Positions 1-9,957 of a stretch of 64,000 bases of DNA are shown here, piece after piece. The notes below the pieces were generated by a model. That model was not told where the DNA came from and did no database searches. It saw only the letters and a list, made by a program, of their open reading frames with translations. The stretch is from an uncultured Clostridia bacterium (GTDB lineage: Bacteria > Bacillota > Clostridia > TANB77 > CAG-465), in contig CAKPEI010000004.1 in assembly GCA_934149365.1 (NCBI GenBank), forward strand, positions 112,487 through 176,486. Direction: 5' to 3'. The position numbers and the translations under genes are program-made. How positions within the stretch are numbered: the stretch's first letter is position 1; every line of letters starts with the position of its first letter.

Positions 1-2
1 CT

Positions 3-3000
3 GATTGGAATATATCTACAGGAAGAGTTGGAACAACTGAAAAAAATATACAACCTAATTTGTCAGGTTATATATATCAAGAAGTATATGAGAAAAAGTC
101 CGGAGCAGGAGCGCTAAGGATAGCAAATATAAAATATGACCATGAAACGGCAGGCTCATATTGGAATCTATTAAGTACATCTCAAAAGAGTACATATAAT
201 AATTATACTTGTATAGGTTCAGCGGTCGGTAAAGGCGACAGAGTAGATTTAGCAGAAGTGAAAAGAGATGAAGCTACCTTAAATGTAATTGGAAATAGTA
301 AAATCAATTTTGTAAATTATAGTCAAGGATCCGTTGCCCAATCGGCAGATAGTTATATAAATAAAAATGGTAATTATACTTCAGAAGTTATAGGAGATAA
401 TGATTATAGAACAGTAGTGGTCGATTTCTATTATGTGAAAGATGTATGTCAAGGTGATTCTTGTATCGATGTTGACCCTAGTTATAAGCGTGTTTACGTA
501 AGACATATTGATGTTACTGGTATTGATGATAAAATTAATGCTGCCAATATTGATACTGCAGTTAGAAATGGTAAGGTATTAAGTGGAAAAGGAAAGGCTA
601 AAAAGAATGATTGGAGTGAAATATCAAAGGATGGAGGAAATTATCCTGGATATCAAGAAAGATATACAATAAAATCTAATGAAAGCTTAGAAGTATTTAG
701 GGATCCAAATGATAATTATAATTGTATAGGATCAAACATGACTATGACTAATGATAGTAATATAAACACAGCCAAAAGTAGAATGAATACAAAATTAAAT
801 AGTTATGCTTCAAAATACGATAGCTGGCTTAAAGAATCTAGAAAAACTACAGCTAGTGATAACTCTGATGTTGTTATAATGGATTTCTATTATACAAGCA
901 AGCATTCAGGAACACCAATAGAAAGAAATAAAGTTGGAAGATTAGCATTTTATACAACAGGACAAAGTGATAAATTTTCATCTAAGGTAAATAACCATAC
1001 TAATAACGACTCAGGCACAGTATATGATGTTATACCTTCAAATGAAGTATTAAGAATGTCAGTAGATAACGCATATACATACATGCTAGGCGCAATAAAT
1101 ATAAAAGAACAAACAATACAAGACACATACACTTTTGATTATACGCTAAAGCAGCCATATAGTATTACATATAAAGATTGGTATTCTTGGTGTAATAAGT
1201 GTGGAAGAGGAGCTAGTGATAAAAAATCAGGTGCTTGTGGCAAGTTAATACCAAAAACGTGTCCAGATGGTAACGGAGGTACAACAGATTGTTCTTATAT
1301 ATGCCCAGGAAGCTGGAATTCAGACTATAATATAAAAACTTATTCGGGTGAAGTTACAAGAACATACAGATATCAAATACCATATAAATATACTTACTAT
1401 AAGGTAAAGAACTTAAGGTTATATAGTATTAGTAAAATAGAATTAAATGATGGATATAATAATAAAGGCCTTCCTTTATTTGACGGAAAAACCCATACTG
1501 TTCAAACAACAGATAAGTATAAATCAGGTTTCAATGATTCAACTTTTACAATATCTTCTAATAATCAAATAAATAACAGAGAAAGTAAAGAATTAAGCTA
1601 TAGGTTACCATACTCATATGATAATAATGATGGAGATGTTTCAACGTCGGAACTTATCAATTATGCTTCAGGACAAATAAATTCACTGTTTAATGGTATA
1701 AGTCATACAGATGCAGCTCAAATAGAAAAATTTAATGATATAAATTCATCAAGTTATACAAGTACATCAAACCATTTAACAGCAACATTATATGTAAAGA
1801 ATGATGAAATAAGTTTCATGGATAAAATAAAAAATTCAAGAATATATTTAATTGGTCAAAATGTAAGCAGTTTAAACACATTAAATGGTATGTATGTAAG
1901 ATCTGAAAAAGACGCAACAAGAAAAATAGATTTAGTATCATATACTGCTTCAAAAACTACAAATAATTCTAGAGGTACATATACGTATTCAGTTTCAGAG
2001 GCAGACAGAGTTAATGTAGAAACAGTATATCCAAAATCTACTAAAGATAAATATCTTCCATCAGATAGTAAAACTAATTCAGGAGGTTATGGTGGTAGAG
2101 ATTATTATAATTTAGAAAATCTAAACATACCAGAATCAAGATTAAATGGAAAGAGATATTCATATGGAAAGATATACTATACATTACTTTCAGGAAATAA
2201 TGTGCTAAACTTTGATGTCGATGATAATAAAGTGGTTAATGGAAATCATAATTGGAACAGTGACAACAGCAAAAATAGAAAAAGTGTAAGTGGAGCAACA
2301 GGAAATACATTTGTAGATACAGAAATGTACAATACAGATGGAACATCAAACCCATTAAAAACTACACTTATTTCCCCAGGAACATTAAGTGATGTTATAT
2401 GGGAATATGGAAAAAATAATGGAACAGATGCAGATATTGTAGATGTATTTACTCCAATATCATTTACTACAAAGATAGTAGGAAATTCTAATAGTGATAT
2501 AAGAGTTGATCACACGGTTGTAAATAAAAATAATAATAAGCAAAAACAAATACAAAAAAATTCGAGATTTACAATACAGATAGATGCAACAAATAATAAT
2601 AGTACTTATAGTGGAGTACAAACTTCCAAGTATCTTGGAAAGTATTATGTTAAATTCAATTTTGATGTTCAAGATATAAAAATTTCTGATGCAATGGGAA
2701 CAAATAGAACATATTCAAGTAATTCTGCAAGCAGTGAAACTTGGATAGGACCTATATATAACAGATATAATGGTAATTCGATAGGAACAGTTACAGTAAG
2801 TGCTTATGCATTAGCTGATCCAAATGAGGCAAGTGGCGTTGTAAATCAAGAGCAAAATGAATATGAAGTAAGAGCTGTAGCGATAAATTCTCCAAGTACA
2901 CTTGATTATGATGTACTAAGAGGAAGAATTTCTGAAACAACGAAATTTATAACCACAATTCAAAACACATTTTCAGGAACTGGAAGTAACAATCAATATC

Positions 3001-4082
3001 ATCAAAAATATTATGATCAAAAGAACATATATGGTCAAAGTAATTATGTGGCAAATGACGTTGTTGAAACTGAAAATATAAGTAGGGTATATGATTTTAA
3101 GGTTACTGATGTCAAAGATGTTGATTGGAAGAGCATATTTAGGACATCTACTTCTACTACAACTAACGTGCATTCAGGTAAAGCATATTATTCCGGAGTA
3201 AAAAAATGGAATATATATACTACAGCATACAATAATATGATAACAAGAGATGTTTCTGAAATAGGAGCTACAAAACAACAAATATTACCAGTAGGACCAT
3301 ATAAACATACTACTTCTGCATATACTAAAGCACCAAAACTTGGATATAAATTTAGCTTTGATTTAAAAACAACTGGTGCTAATGCAAACAAGAAAATTGT
3401 AATACAACCAAGTTTTTACTATATTAAAAAAGATGCTACTGGTTATACAGAGGATATAAAATTATATTATAAAAATAGCAGTAACAAATATGTAGACATA
3501 TCTAATTATAAATTGTACTTTGTACCAGATGATGGATATAGACTAACGTTTGAGGGAACAGACCAATCATATAGATTTTCGTCTTCCTCAATATCAAAAA
3601 CAACCAAGTTATTAGGTAGCACTAAAGAAATAACACTAACTCAGGAAATGATGGAACAGGCAGATAATAATTTCGTACAGATTTGGTATGGTGAGTACAA
3701 ATTACCAAATTCTACAATAGTAATAGGTAAGGGTACAGATGGTAAATACAATATAAATAGAGATAGATTGACAGGTGGTTATATAGGAATAAAATTTGAT
3801 ATTAAAGTTTATGAATATAAGTCATCAACAATGACAGAAACTAATATTAGTAAGGTATTAAGTTATTCTCAAAATGATAAAAATGCATCATCTAATACTA
3901 ATACTTCTCAATGGGATTATGAAGGGTTCTTAGGCTTTTCAAATCCTGGTAGTTCGGCAAATAATATTAAGGTATCCTTAGAAAAAGGAGTATGGACATT
4001 AAACGATACTATGTATAACAAAATAAAAGGAACCGTTCTATTATATGATACTGATGCTACAGCATCATCAGATTACGATTAA
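3..4082 (+). CDS. Very large Asn/Ser/Thr/Tyr-rich secreted or surface protein, 5' end cut by window edge
   Basis: Frame is open from nt 3 into the listed TTG at 60 with no stop, so the gene continues upstream. More than 1340 aa, low-complexity N/S/T/Y-rich. Internal duplicated module (NY[TN]CIGS then VV[VI].DFYY at about aa 119-125 and 271-278 of the listed ORF). Single Cys cluster at nt 1191-1304. No LPXTG or SLH at the C-terminus. A hairpin terminator follows. Confidence 0.7.
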   Translation, partial: DWNISTGRVGTTEKNIQPNLSGYIYQEVYEKKSGAGALRIANIKYDHETAGSYWNLLSTSQKSTYNNYTCIGSAVGKGDRVDLAEVKRDEATLNVIGNSKINFVNYSQGSVAQSADSYINKNGNYTSEVIGDNDYRTVVVDFYYVKDVCQGDSCIDVDPSYKRVYVRHIDVTGIDDKINAANIDTAVRNGKVLSGKGKAKKNDWSEISKDGGNYPGYQERYTIKSNESLEVFRDPNDNYNCIGSNMTMTNDSNINTAKSRMNTKLNSYASKYDSWLKESRKTTASDNSDVVIMDFYYTSKHSGTPIERNKVGRLAFYTTGQSDKFSSKVNNHTNNDSGTVYDVIPSNEVLRMSVDNAYTYMLGAINIKEQTIQDTYTFDYTLKQPYSITYKDWYSWCNKCGRGASDKKSGACGKLIPKTCPDGNGGTTDCSYICPGSWNSDYNIKTYSGEVTRTYRYQIPYKYTYYKVKNLRLYSISKIELNDGYNNKGLPLFDGKTHTVQTTDKYKSGFNDSTFTISSNNQINNRESKELSYRLPYSYDNNDGDVSTSELINYASGQINSLFNGISHTDAAQIEKFNDINSSSYTSTSNHLTATLYVKNDEISFMDKIKNSRIYLIGQNVSSLNTLNGMYVRSEKDATRKIDLVSYTASKTTNNSRGTYTYSVSEADRVNVETVYPKSTKDKYLPSDSKTNSGGYGGRDYYNLENLNIPESRLNGKRYSYGKIYYTLLSGNNVLNFDVDDNKVVNGNHNWNSDNSKNRKSVSGATGNTFVDTEMYNTDGTSNPLKTTLISPGTLSDVIWEYGKNNGTDADIVDVFTPISFTTKIVGNSNSDIRVDHTVVNKNNNKQKQIQKNSRFTIQIDATNNNSTYSGVQTSKYLGKYYVKFNFDVQDIKISDAMGTNRTYSSNSASSETWIGPIYNRYNGNSIGTVTVSAYALADPNEASGVVNQEQNEYEVRAVAINSPSTLDYDVLRGRISETTKFITTIQNTFSGTGSNNQYHQKYYDQKNIYGQSNYVANDVVETENISRVYDFKVTDVKDVDWKSIFRTSTSTTTNVHSGKAYYSGVKKWNIYTTAYNNMITRDVSEIGATKQQILPVGPYKHTTSAYTKAPKLGYKFSFDLKTTGANANKKIVIQPSFYYIKKDATGYTEDIKLYYKNSSNKYVDISNYKLYFVPDDGYRLTFEGTDQSYRFSSSSISKTTKLLGSTKEITLTQEMMEQADNNFVQIWYGEYKLPNSTIVIGKGTDGKYNINRDRLTGGYIGIKFDIKVYEYKSSTMTETNISKVLSYSQNDKNASSNTNTSQWDYEGFLGFSNPGSSANNIKVSLEKGVWTLNDTMYNKIKGTVLLYDTDATASSDYD

Positions 4083-4088
4083 CAAAAA

Positions 4089-4123
4089 AGAGATACACTT
4101 TATTTTAGAGTGTGTCTCTTTTT
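4089..4123 (+). terminator. Rho-independent terminator of the large surface protein gene
   Basis: Stem agagatacac (4089-4098) / gtgtgtctct (4110-4119) with one G-U pair, followed by a T run. Confidence 0.75.
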
Positions 4124-4163
4124 GTCGAATAATGTGGTAAAAAGCAAACAAGATTACATAATA

Positions 4164-4192
4164 TTGACAATGTAAATTAATTAATATATAAT
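4164..4192 (+). promoter_or_regulatory. Sigma-A type promoter for the SLH-domain gene
   Basis: TTGACA (4164-4169), 17-nt spacer, TATAAT (4187-4192). Confidence 0.6.
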
Positions 4193-4252
4193 ATAGCCGA
4201 AAAATAAAGTTTGGATTAGAATTAATATTAAAATTAAAAAGGAGTGTGTATT

Positions 4253-6205
4253 ATGAGAAGTTTTAAATTTAAGCGGTGGATTAGTGCTTTAATAGCAACT
4301 ATTCTTTTGCTAGGAAGTGTTAATGTTGTAATTGGGGCTGATACAGAAGTGGATTGGTCAGATGTAGAGAGATATTATCCATTTAGTAGCTGGGCCGTAG
4401 ACACGGGTGTTAAGTATAAACTTATATTTCTCGAAAATAACAGAAGAGAAACAACCAGGTATGAAGTTGCTAATATCTTGTTTAACTTGTCATCACTAAA
4501 AAATAACGCTAATAAGGAGTTTAGCGATATAGATGAAATTAGCCCCGCATTAAAGGAAAGAATATTAAAAGTTGCAGGAGCAGGAATTGTACAAGGGTAC
4601 GATGACGGAACTTTTAGACCAAATAATAAAGTAACTAGAGCTGAATTTGTGACTATGTTAAATAAATCTAATTTATTAAAAGATGTCAAAGCTAATAATC
4701 AAAATGTTAAATTTATTGATATTAGTGGGCACTGGGCAGAAAAAAATATAATTGACATAGCAAAAATAGGTATAGTCACTGGAAAGGGAAATGATAAGTT
4801 TTGCCCAGAGGAAAACATAACCCCACAGGAATTACTTATTATATTGGATCGATTAGTGTCACTTAAATGTATATCAGAGGAAAAACTAGTAACCACAATA
4901 ACGGATACATTTCAAAGTAAAAGATATGGTGAAAAAGAACAATATATAATTGAGGTGATGTATAGTCAATTTGATAAGGTACAGAATGATATAATACACG
5001 TATGGCCATATAATAATTACTATAATGTTGAAAATTGGCAGGAAAAGGCAACATATAATGACTTGCTGTATGCTATTTATTTTTCTACTACCAGAAAAGC
5101 TAATATAGAAGATATATTGCCAAATGGAGAAAGTAGAATAGATAGGATGATAAGGTATATGTTCGAGGTTCAGGGCCTTGAAAATAATAAGGAAGCATAT
5201 ATAAATAACTCTATTAATATGAGAAATTTGCTATATTTTGTTATTGCTTCTTACCAATTTGAAACCAGTGAAGCTAAAAGTTTGAATAATATTCCTTTCA
5301 AGGCAAAATCATCCGAGGGATTAGAATTTTCAAATGCAAATGAGCTTTCACCTACAGATATGGGAGCACTCATTTCGGCATCACTTTTCTATGTGGATAA
5401 TATACCATACTATGAAAATAATAAAATGTATTTTCCTATGGATGCACCAGTTACTAAATATATGCTTAATTACACTATATTAAGGCTTCAAAAAAGGTAT
5501 AATATTTTTGGAAATATGGTGGGAAGCGAGTTGAAAGAGATGTTTGGAGAGAATGCAAACGGCTTTGAAACAGATCTTGGTAAATTGCCATATAATTATT
5601 ATCAATATCCTTTTGTGGTAAAAGAAATACCTAAAGAAGTATATGAAAGACAATTTAAAGTTGGCGACGAAGGAATGTATACACCTCTTCAATGTTATGG
5701 ACAATTTTACGAATATGAAGATTATACAAGATATACCGCTAGGAAGTATTATAATACAATACTTAATGTCGATTATAGAACGCTCAATATTGATAGTTTT
5801 GTAAAAGAAGTTATGAATTATTCAATATCAAGTGAGCAAGAAGTTAGGGCATATGCGGAATATGTAATAAATAATCAGATTATACTCAAAGGAAAAGGAG
5901 AACTCATTCCTGGAACGATATATTTATCCTCTCCATTTACTCATATGAGAGCGGTAATAAGATTTGATATTGTGTCAGCACTTGACAGAACCAATTTACT
6001 ATATAAAGATTTAAGTTATTGTTCACAGGAAGGACAATTGCTTAATGTTGAATATACAAAAGATAGTTATGAATTAGCATATGATGTTATGCTTTCAGGT
6101 GTATATGACATTCAAGAGTGGAAAATAGCAGGGTATAGAATATATACTGAACCCGTAATAGTAAGCTATTATTATAATGGATGTGGAATAACACAGATGC
6201 CTTAA
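4253..6205 (+). CDS. SLH-domain cell-surface protein with uncharacterised C-terminal region of about 430 aa
   Basis: ATG at 4253 sits about 9 nt after GGAG and is preferred over the listed GTG at 4244. N-terminal signal peptide (MRSFKFKRWISALIATILLLGSVNVVIGA). SLH-like repeats (e.g. FSDIDEISPALKERILKVAGAGIVQGYDDGTFRPNNKVTRAEF and FIDISGHWAEKNIIDIAKIGIVTGKGNDKFCPEENITPQEL). Confidence 0.8.
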   Translation: MRSFKFKRWISALIATILLLGSVNVVIGADTEVDWSDVERYYPFSSWAVDTGVKYKLIFLENNRRETTRYEVANILFNLSSLKNNANKEFSDIDEISPALKERILKVAGAGIVQGYDDGTFRPNNKVTRAEFVTMLNKSNLLKDVKANNQNVKFIDISGHWAEKNIIDIAKIGIVTGKGNDKFCPEENITPQELLIILDRLVSLKCISEEKLVTTITDTFQSKRYGEKEQYIIEVMYSQFDKVQNDIIHVWPYNNYYNVENWQEKATYNDLLYAIYFSTTRKANIEDILPNGESRIDRMIRYMFEVQGLENNKEAYINNSINMRNLLYFVIASYQFETSEAKSLNNIPFKAKSSEGLEFSNANELSPTDMGALISASLFYVDNIPYYENNKMYFPMDAPVTKYMLNYTILRLQKRYNIFGNMVGSELKEMFGENANGFETDLGKLPYNYYQYPFVVKEIPKEVYERQFKVGDEGMYTPLQCYGQFYEYEDYTRYTARKYYNTILNVDYRTLNIDSFVKEVMNYSISSEQEVRAYAEYVINNQIILKGKGELIPGTIYLSSPFTHMRAVIRFDIVSALDRTNLLYKDLSYCSQEGQLLNVEYTKDSYELAYDVMLSGVYDIQEWKIAGYRIYTEPVIVSYYYNGCGITQMP

Positions 6206-6213
6206 ATTGTAAA

Positions 6214-6243
6214 AATGCTGCAGATTCTTGCAGCATTTTTTTA
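6214..6243 (+). terminator. Rho-independent terminator
   Basis: Stem aatgctgca (6214-6222) / tgcagcatt (6229-6237) plus T run. Confidence 0.8.
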
Positions 6244-6347
6244 TATATCCATTTAAATAATATGTAGAAAAAATACAAATAAAATCAATCAAAAAGTGTA
6301 ATGCATTTTTCTATGATATAATCACCATAATATATAAAGGTGAACGT

Positions 6348-7421
6348 ATGATAGATTATAAAAAAACAACATTAAATATATTAGGATTATTTGCAATATC
6401 CGCATTAATATTAATTGGCCTTTTGTGTGGTGTGTTTTTTTGGCCTTTTTTAATAGCAATAATTGTATCTATAATTTTAGAAAAAGCAGTGGAATATGTG
6501 GTTAAAAATACAAAAATATCAAGAAAAATTGTAGGGACAATTATTGTAATTTTATTTTATGCATTGATTGCTTTTTTAATATATTTACTAGTTTCCAAAC
6601 TTATAAAAGAAGCATTTTCAATAGCAATAGATTTACCGACTGTTTTTGAATATGTTAAAGAAAAATATCAAGTATTATATAATAAATATATGAGTGCTAT
6701 GAATAATATCCCAGATACAGTAAGTGGCAAAATATATGAAATAGGAATGGACTTTTTATCAACTATATCTAAATATATAACCAAGTTTTTTAACAGTACC
6801 ATTAATTTTATAATGTTCATACCAAATATTTTTATATATGCAGTAATAACGTTACTTGCTACATTATTCTTAGTTACAGACAGAAGAAAGCTTTCCATGT
6901 ATGTACATGATGTGTTTCCTAAAAAATTTGTAAGAAAAATAAATAATATATTTAAAGAAACAGTAACTTCAATATCACAATATCTAAAAGCACAAGGTAT
7001 AATGATGTGTATCACATTTATAGAGCTATTAATTGCTTTCTTTATTTTAAAGCAGGAATATCCATTTACGCTTGCCGTGGTCATTGCTATTATAGATGCT
7101 CTACCTATATTAGGAGTGGGAAGTGTATTAATTCCATGGGGAATATATGTAGCTATAATGGGTAATATGAAATTAGCAATAGGATTACTAGTAACATATG
7201 CAATAATAATTGTAGCAAGGCAACTAATTGAACCAAGAATTGTAAGTAGTAATTTAGGGGTTCATCCATTTGTGACATTGATAACAATGTATATAGGTTT
7301 TAAATTATTTGGGTTATTTGGACTTATTGTAGGACCAATAGTTATGGTAGTATTTAAAAATGTTTTTTCACAACTTTTCGAACAAGGATATTTGAAAAAT
7401 ATGATTGTGTATAAAAAGTAG
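6348..7421 (+). CDS. AI-2E/PerM (UPF0118) family membrane protein, YtvI-like sporulation integral membrane protein
   Basis: 357 aa with multiple TM helices. Size and C-terminal half (ALPILGVGSVLIPWG..IEPRIVSSNLGVHPF) are typical of the AI-2E/YtvI family. Confidence 0.75.
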   Translation: MIDYKKTTLNILGLFAISALILIGLLCGVFFWPFLIAIIVSIILEKAVEYVVKNTKISRKIVGTIIVILFYALIAFLIYLLVSKLIKEAFSIAIDLPTVFEYVKEKYQVLYNKYMSAMNNIPDTVSGKIYEIGMDFLSTISKYITKFFNSTINFIMFIPNIFIYAVITLLATLFLVTDRRKLSMYVHDVFPKKFVRKINNIFKETVTSISQYLKAQGIMMCITFIELLIAFFILKQEYPFTLAVVIAIIDALPILGVGSVLIPWGIYVAIMGNMKLAIGLLVTYAIIIVARQLIEPRIVSSNLGVHPFVTLITMYIGFKLFGLFGLIVGPIVMVVFKNVFSQLFEQGYLKNMIVYKK

Positions 7422-7471
7422 CAGAGGCTTACTTTATTCATAACACTATAACCGCTGCTACTCGAGTATAC

Positions 7472-7969
7472 TTAATAGCTAGAAGGAGGCTCTACAAAAG
7501 TGTTTTCAGGAGCTGTAATTTTCTTAATTGTTTTTACTTTTATTATAGGCATATCAGTTTGGTAAAAACCTTTTTCTATAACTCCAGTAACTTCAACCCA
7601 TTCTGATTCTAAAAGTTCAGATGCTTCATCATAATTGCATAAAAAGCCAACGACTTTCTCATTCCCAGAGAGTATCATATTTCTTGCACAAACAAAGTAG
7701 CTATCTTTAAAGTCTGGCATTGTAAATACGAAACCAGATATGCTAACAGTTTTACCAACGTTCTCATCAATGTGTTCATGAATATCTTTTAACATATTAG
7801 TAAAATTACTTTCAGTTATATTATAATCAAAGGTATCATTATAAATAGTTACATTGGAATTTTTTTTGTTAAATACTCCAAGTTCTAGACATATTGCTAT
7901 AATTACAGCAATTATTGCAACAAAAATCATTACTTTTTTTATATTAAGTTTAAAATTACATACAAACAT
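7472..7969 (-). CDS. Hypothetical membrane-anchored protein (single N-terminal TM)
   Basis: 165-aa ORF with one N-terminal hydrophobic helix then a soluble domain. A faint resemblance to the DUF1980-type C-terminal domain is unverified. Confidence 0.5.
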   Translation of the reverse strand: MFVCNFKLNIKKVMIFVAIIAVIIAICLELGVFNKKNSNVTIYNDTFDYNITESNFTNMLKDIHEHIDENVGKTVSISGFVFTMPDFKDSYFVCARNMILSGNEKVVGFLCNYDEASELLESEWVEVTGVIEKGFYQTDMPIIKVKTIKKITAPENTFVEPPSSY

Positions 7970-8026
7970 ATCTCACCTCTAAATGTTATTATTTACTAAA
8001 TATTATGCAGGTAAAATTAATATATG

Positions 8027-8058
8027 CAAAAAAACAAGCCCTAAATTAGAGCTTGTTT
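8027..8058 (-). terminator. Rho-independent terminator for the 8066-8641 gene
   Basis: Stem aaacaagc (8032-8039) / gcttgttt (8051-8058). The A run on the + strand gives a T run on the - strand. Confidence 0.7.
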
Positions 8059-8065
8059 CTTTCAA

Positions 8066-8641
8066 TTAATTGTAGTCTTCCTCCTCATCATTACAATCTT
8101 CGCAATTGTATTTGTCAACAGGATCTTCGCACATGAATAATATTTGTGAGATGTCATAGTCTTTAACATATACAAGTGCTTTTTCCCAGTATGGATAATC
8201 TGCAAATTCTTTGCCCTCAATACTTTTTTTGCCGCGTTCTTCACCTTCAATAGTAAGACCTATGGTGTTCAACTCATTTAAAAAGTATCTTATTTTTTCA
8301 GGATACCTTACAAGATCTTCTGGTGTAAGATTAGCATCAAGTAAAATGCACAAAGCACCATTGTAAATTTCCCAGTCAATACGATATCGATACATAAAGC
8401 TGTAGGCAAAGTTGATTACTTCTGCAGTATGCTGAATGCCGAAAATATCTATGAGTTTTGGAGCAATAGCTTCTTTAGGTAAAATACCATAATCATGGAT
8501 TGCTACTTCACTTTCATGGTAGATTAAATCTACAGCTTCTTTCTCTGTTAAACCATAGCTCCGAAGACTGATCAAAGCCTGATTGACATTTCCAATGGTT
8601 ACACCAATTACCAATGGGTTAGTGGATAATTCTTTACACAT
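8066..8641 (-). CDS. Hypothetical protein with acidic Cys-containing C-terminal tail
   Basis: 191-aa ORF with GGAGG-type SD upstream (aggaggtatttt before ATG on the - strand). No motif recognised. Visibly more G+C than neighbouring genes. Confidence 0.6.
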   Translation of the reverse strand: MCKELSTNPLVIGVTIGNVNQALISLRSYGLTEKEAVDLIYHESEVAIHDYGILPKEAIAPKLIDIFGIQHTAEVINFAYSFMYRYRIDWEIYNGALCILLDANLTPEDLVRYPEKIRYFLNELNTIGLTIEGEERGKKSIEGKEFADYPYWEKALVYVKDYDISQILFMCEDPVDKYNCEDCNDEEEDYN

Positions 8642-8751
8642 ATAAAATACCTCCTAATATAATTATATATAGATTTTTATGTCTTGTACAGTTACATTAT
8701 AGCATTAACAAAGAAAAAAGTCAACAAAGTATACATAATTTATATACATAA

Positions 8752-8780
8752 TTGACAAATATTGCCTCAAATGTTATAAT
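8752..8780 (+). promoter_or_regulatory. Consensus sigma-A promoter for the 8846 gene
   Basis: TTGACA (8752-8757), 17-nt spacer, TATAAT (8775-8780). Confidence 0.65.
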
Positions 8781-8845
8781 ATTAATGTGTGTTATGAAAA
8801 AACGTGTTTATATAAATAATTTTGTGTAAAGGAGGATAAAGGGTA

Positions 8846-9841
8846 ATGAGTGGCATTATCACGAGAGAAGACGTTATTAAAGATAAAATGATTGACATTA
8901 AAGAAGATAATTACTTAGTACAACTTTTTAAAGTAGCAGAAGAAGTAAACATAGGTGGTGAAATAGAATTACAAAATAATTTTACTTTTGCGGCTATGAG
9001 AATGGTTGAAGCAGCGCTTGAAGAGCGGAGCATGATAACCTTTGAGACTGTGAATAAGGGAATACAAAACGTATATTATGTTGTAGAACTTTATTTGAAA
9101 GGGTTCAGTGATGATAAGCCGTATATGGGGCTTGAGGAATTTCTTTTGCTTGTAAAAGCGAATAAGGCAGATCAAATAATAGAAGAAGCGAAAAAAACAT
9201 TTGAACTGCGGATAAACCGGTTAAAGAAAATAATAAGCAAGTCAAAAAAGAAAATTCCTTGGGGTGATATACATTATATGGGAACAAGAGAGCTCTTAGA
9301 GGAAATTGATAGTGATCTAAGATATTGTTTTAACTTTCCTACAACCCCGGCAAATCTCAGGAATTTTTATTTCGGAAGTTATCATGATCTTTGCAAGCCG
9401 GTAATGATTACTAAACCAACAGGTATCATATCACTTGAAAAGGTAGTATACGGGCTTTACAGTGAACTTCGTATCTTGACTAAATTTGATAGAAAAGATA
9501 TAGACTGGATATGTAGAAAATACATAGAAAGTATTCAGCTTGAAGTTCCGTTTAATTTGTTCGAGCGGGTGATTAACAACTACTTGTTTGCTACTTTGTA
9601 TTCTGACGCTCCTGAAAAATTGCAGATATCTAAAATTGATGCAAGCCTTATAATTCGGGAGATAAAGATGGGAGCTTTAAATTCAGAGGAACTTATTAAA
9701 AACTTTATAGAAAGATATGAATTTAAAGATTACGAAATAGCATATTTGAAAAAATATGGCGCTCATCTTCAAAAAAGACTCGATAGTTTGAGGAAGAGCA
9801 ATTACTTTGGCGAGTTATTTGTTATAACTAAGCCAAAGTAA
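8846..9841 (+). CDS. Hypothetical protein
   Basis: 331-aa ORF with AAGGAGG SD 8 nt upstream of the ATG. No recognisable motif. G+C looks elevated relative to the flanks. Confidence 0.6.
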   Translation: MSGIITREDVIKDKMIDIKEDNYLVQLFKVAEEVNIGGEIELQNNFTFAAMRMVEAALEERSMITFETVNKGIQNVYYVVELYLKGFSDDKPYMGLEEFLLLVKANKADQIIEEAKKTFELRINRLKKIISKSKKKIPWGDIHYMGTRELLEEIDSDLRYCFNFPTTPANLRNFYFGSYHDLCKPVMITKPTGIISLEKVVYGLYSELRILTKFDRKDIDWICRKYIESIQLEVPFNLFERVINNYLFATLYSDAPEKLQISKIDASLIIREIKMGALNSEELIKNFIERYEFKDYEIAYLKKYGAHLQKRLDSLRKSNYFGELFVITKPK

Positions 9842-9847
9842 TTTAAG

Positions 9848-9884
9848 AAGACTAATAATTAAATATTATTGGTCTTTTTTTTTT
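9848..9884 (+). terminator. Rho-independent terminator
   Basis: Stem aagactaataat (9848-9859) / attattggtctt (9865-9876), one G-U pair, followed by a long T run. Confidence 0.8.
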
Positions 9885-9957
9885 ATGCTATATATGATAT
9901 AATACCGTAAGTATTTGCTATATTTGTATGTGGCAATAAATGGAGGTAAATATACAA

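Noticed and set aside
6668-7084. 138-aa ORF antisense to the ytvI-like gene
   Set aside because: It is embedded in the antisense strand of a membrane protein gene, with no SD and no motif.
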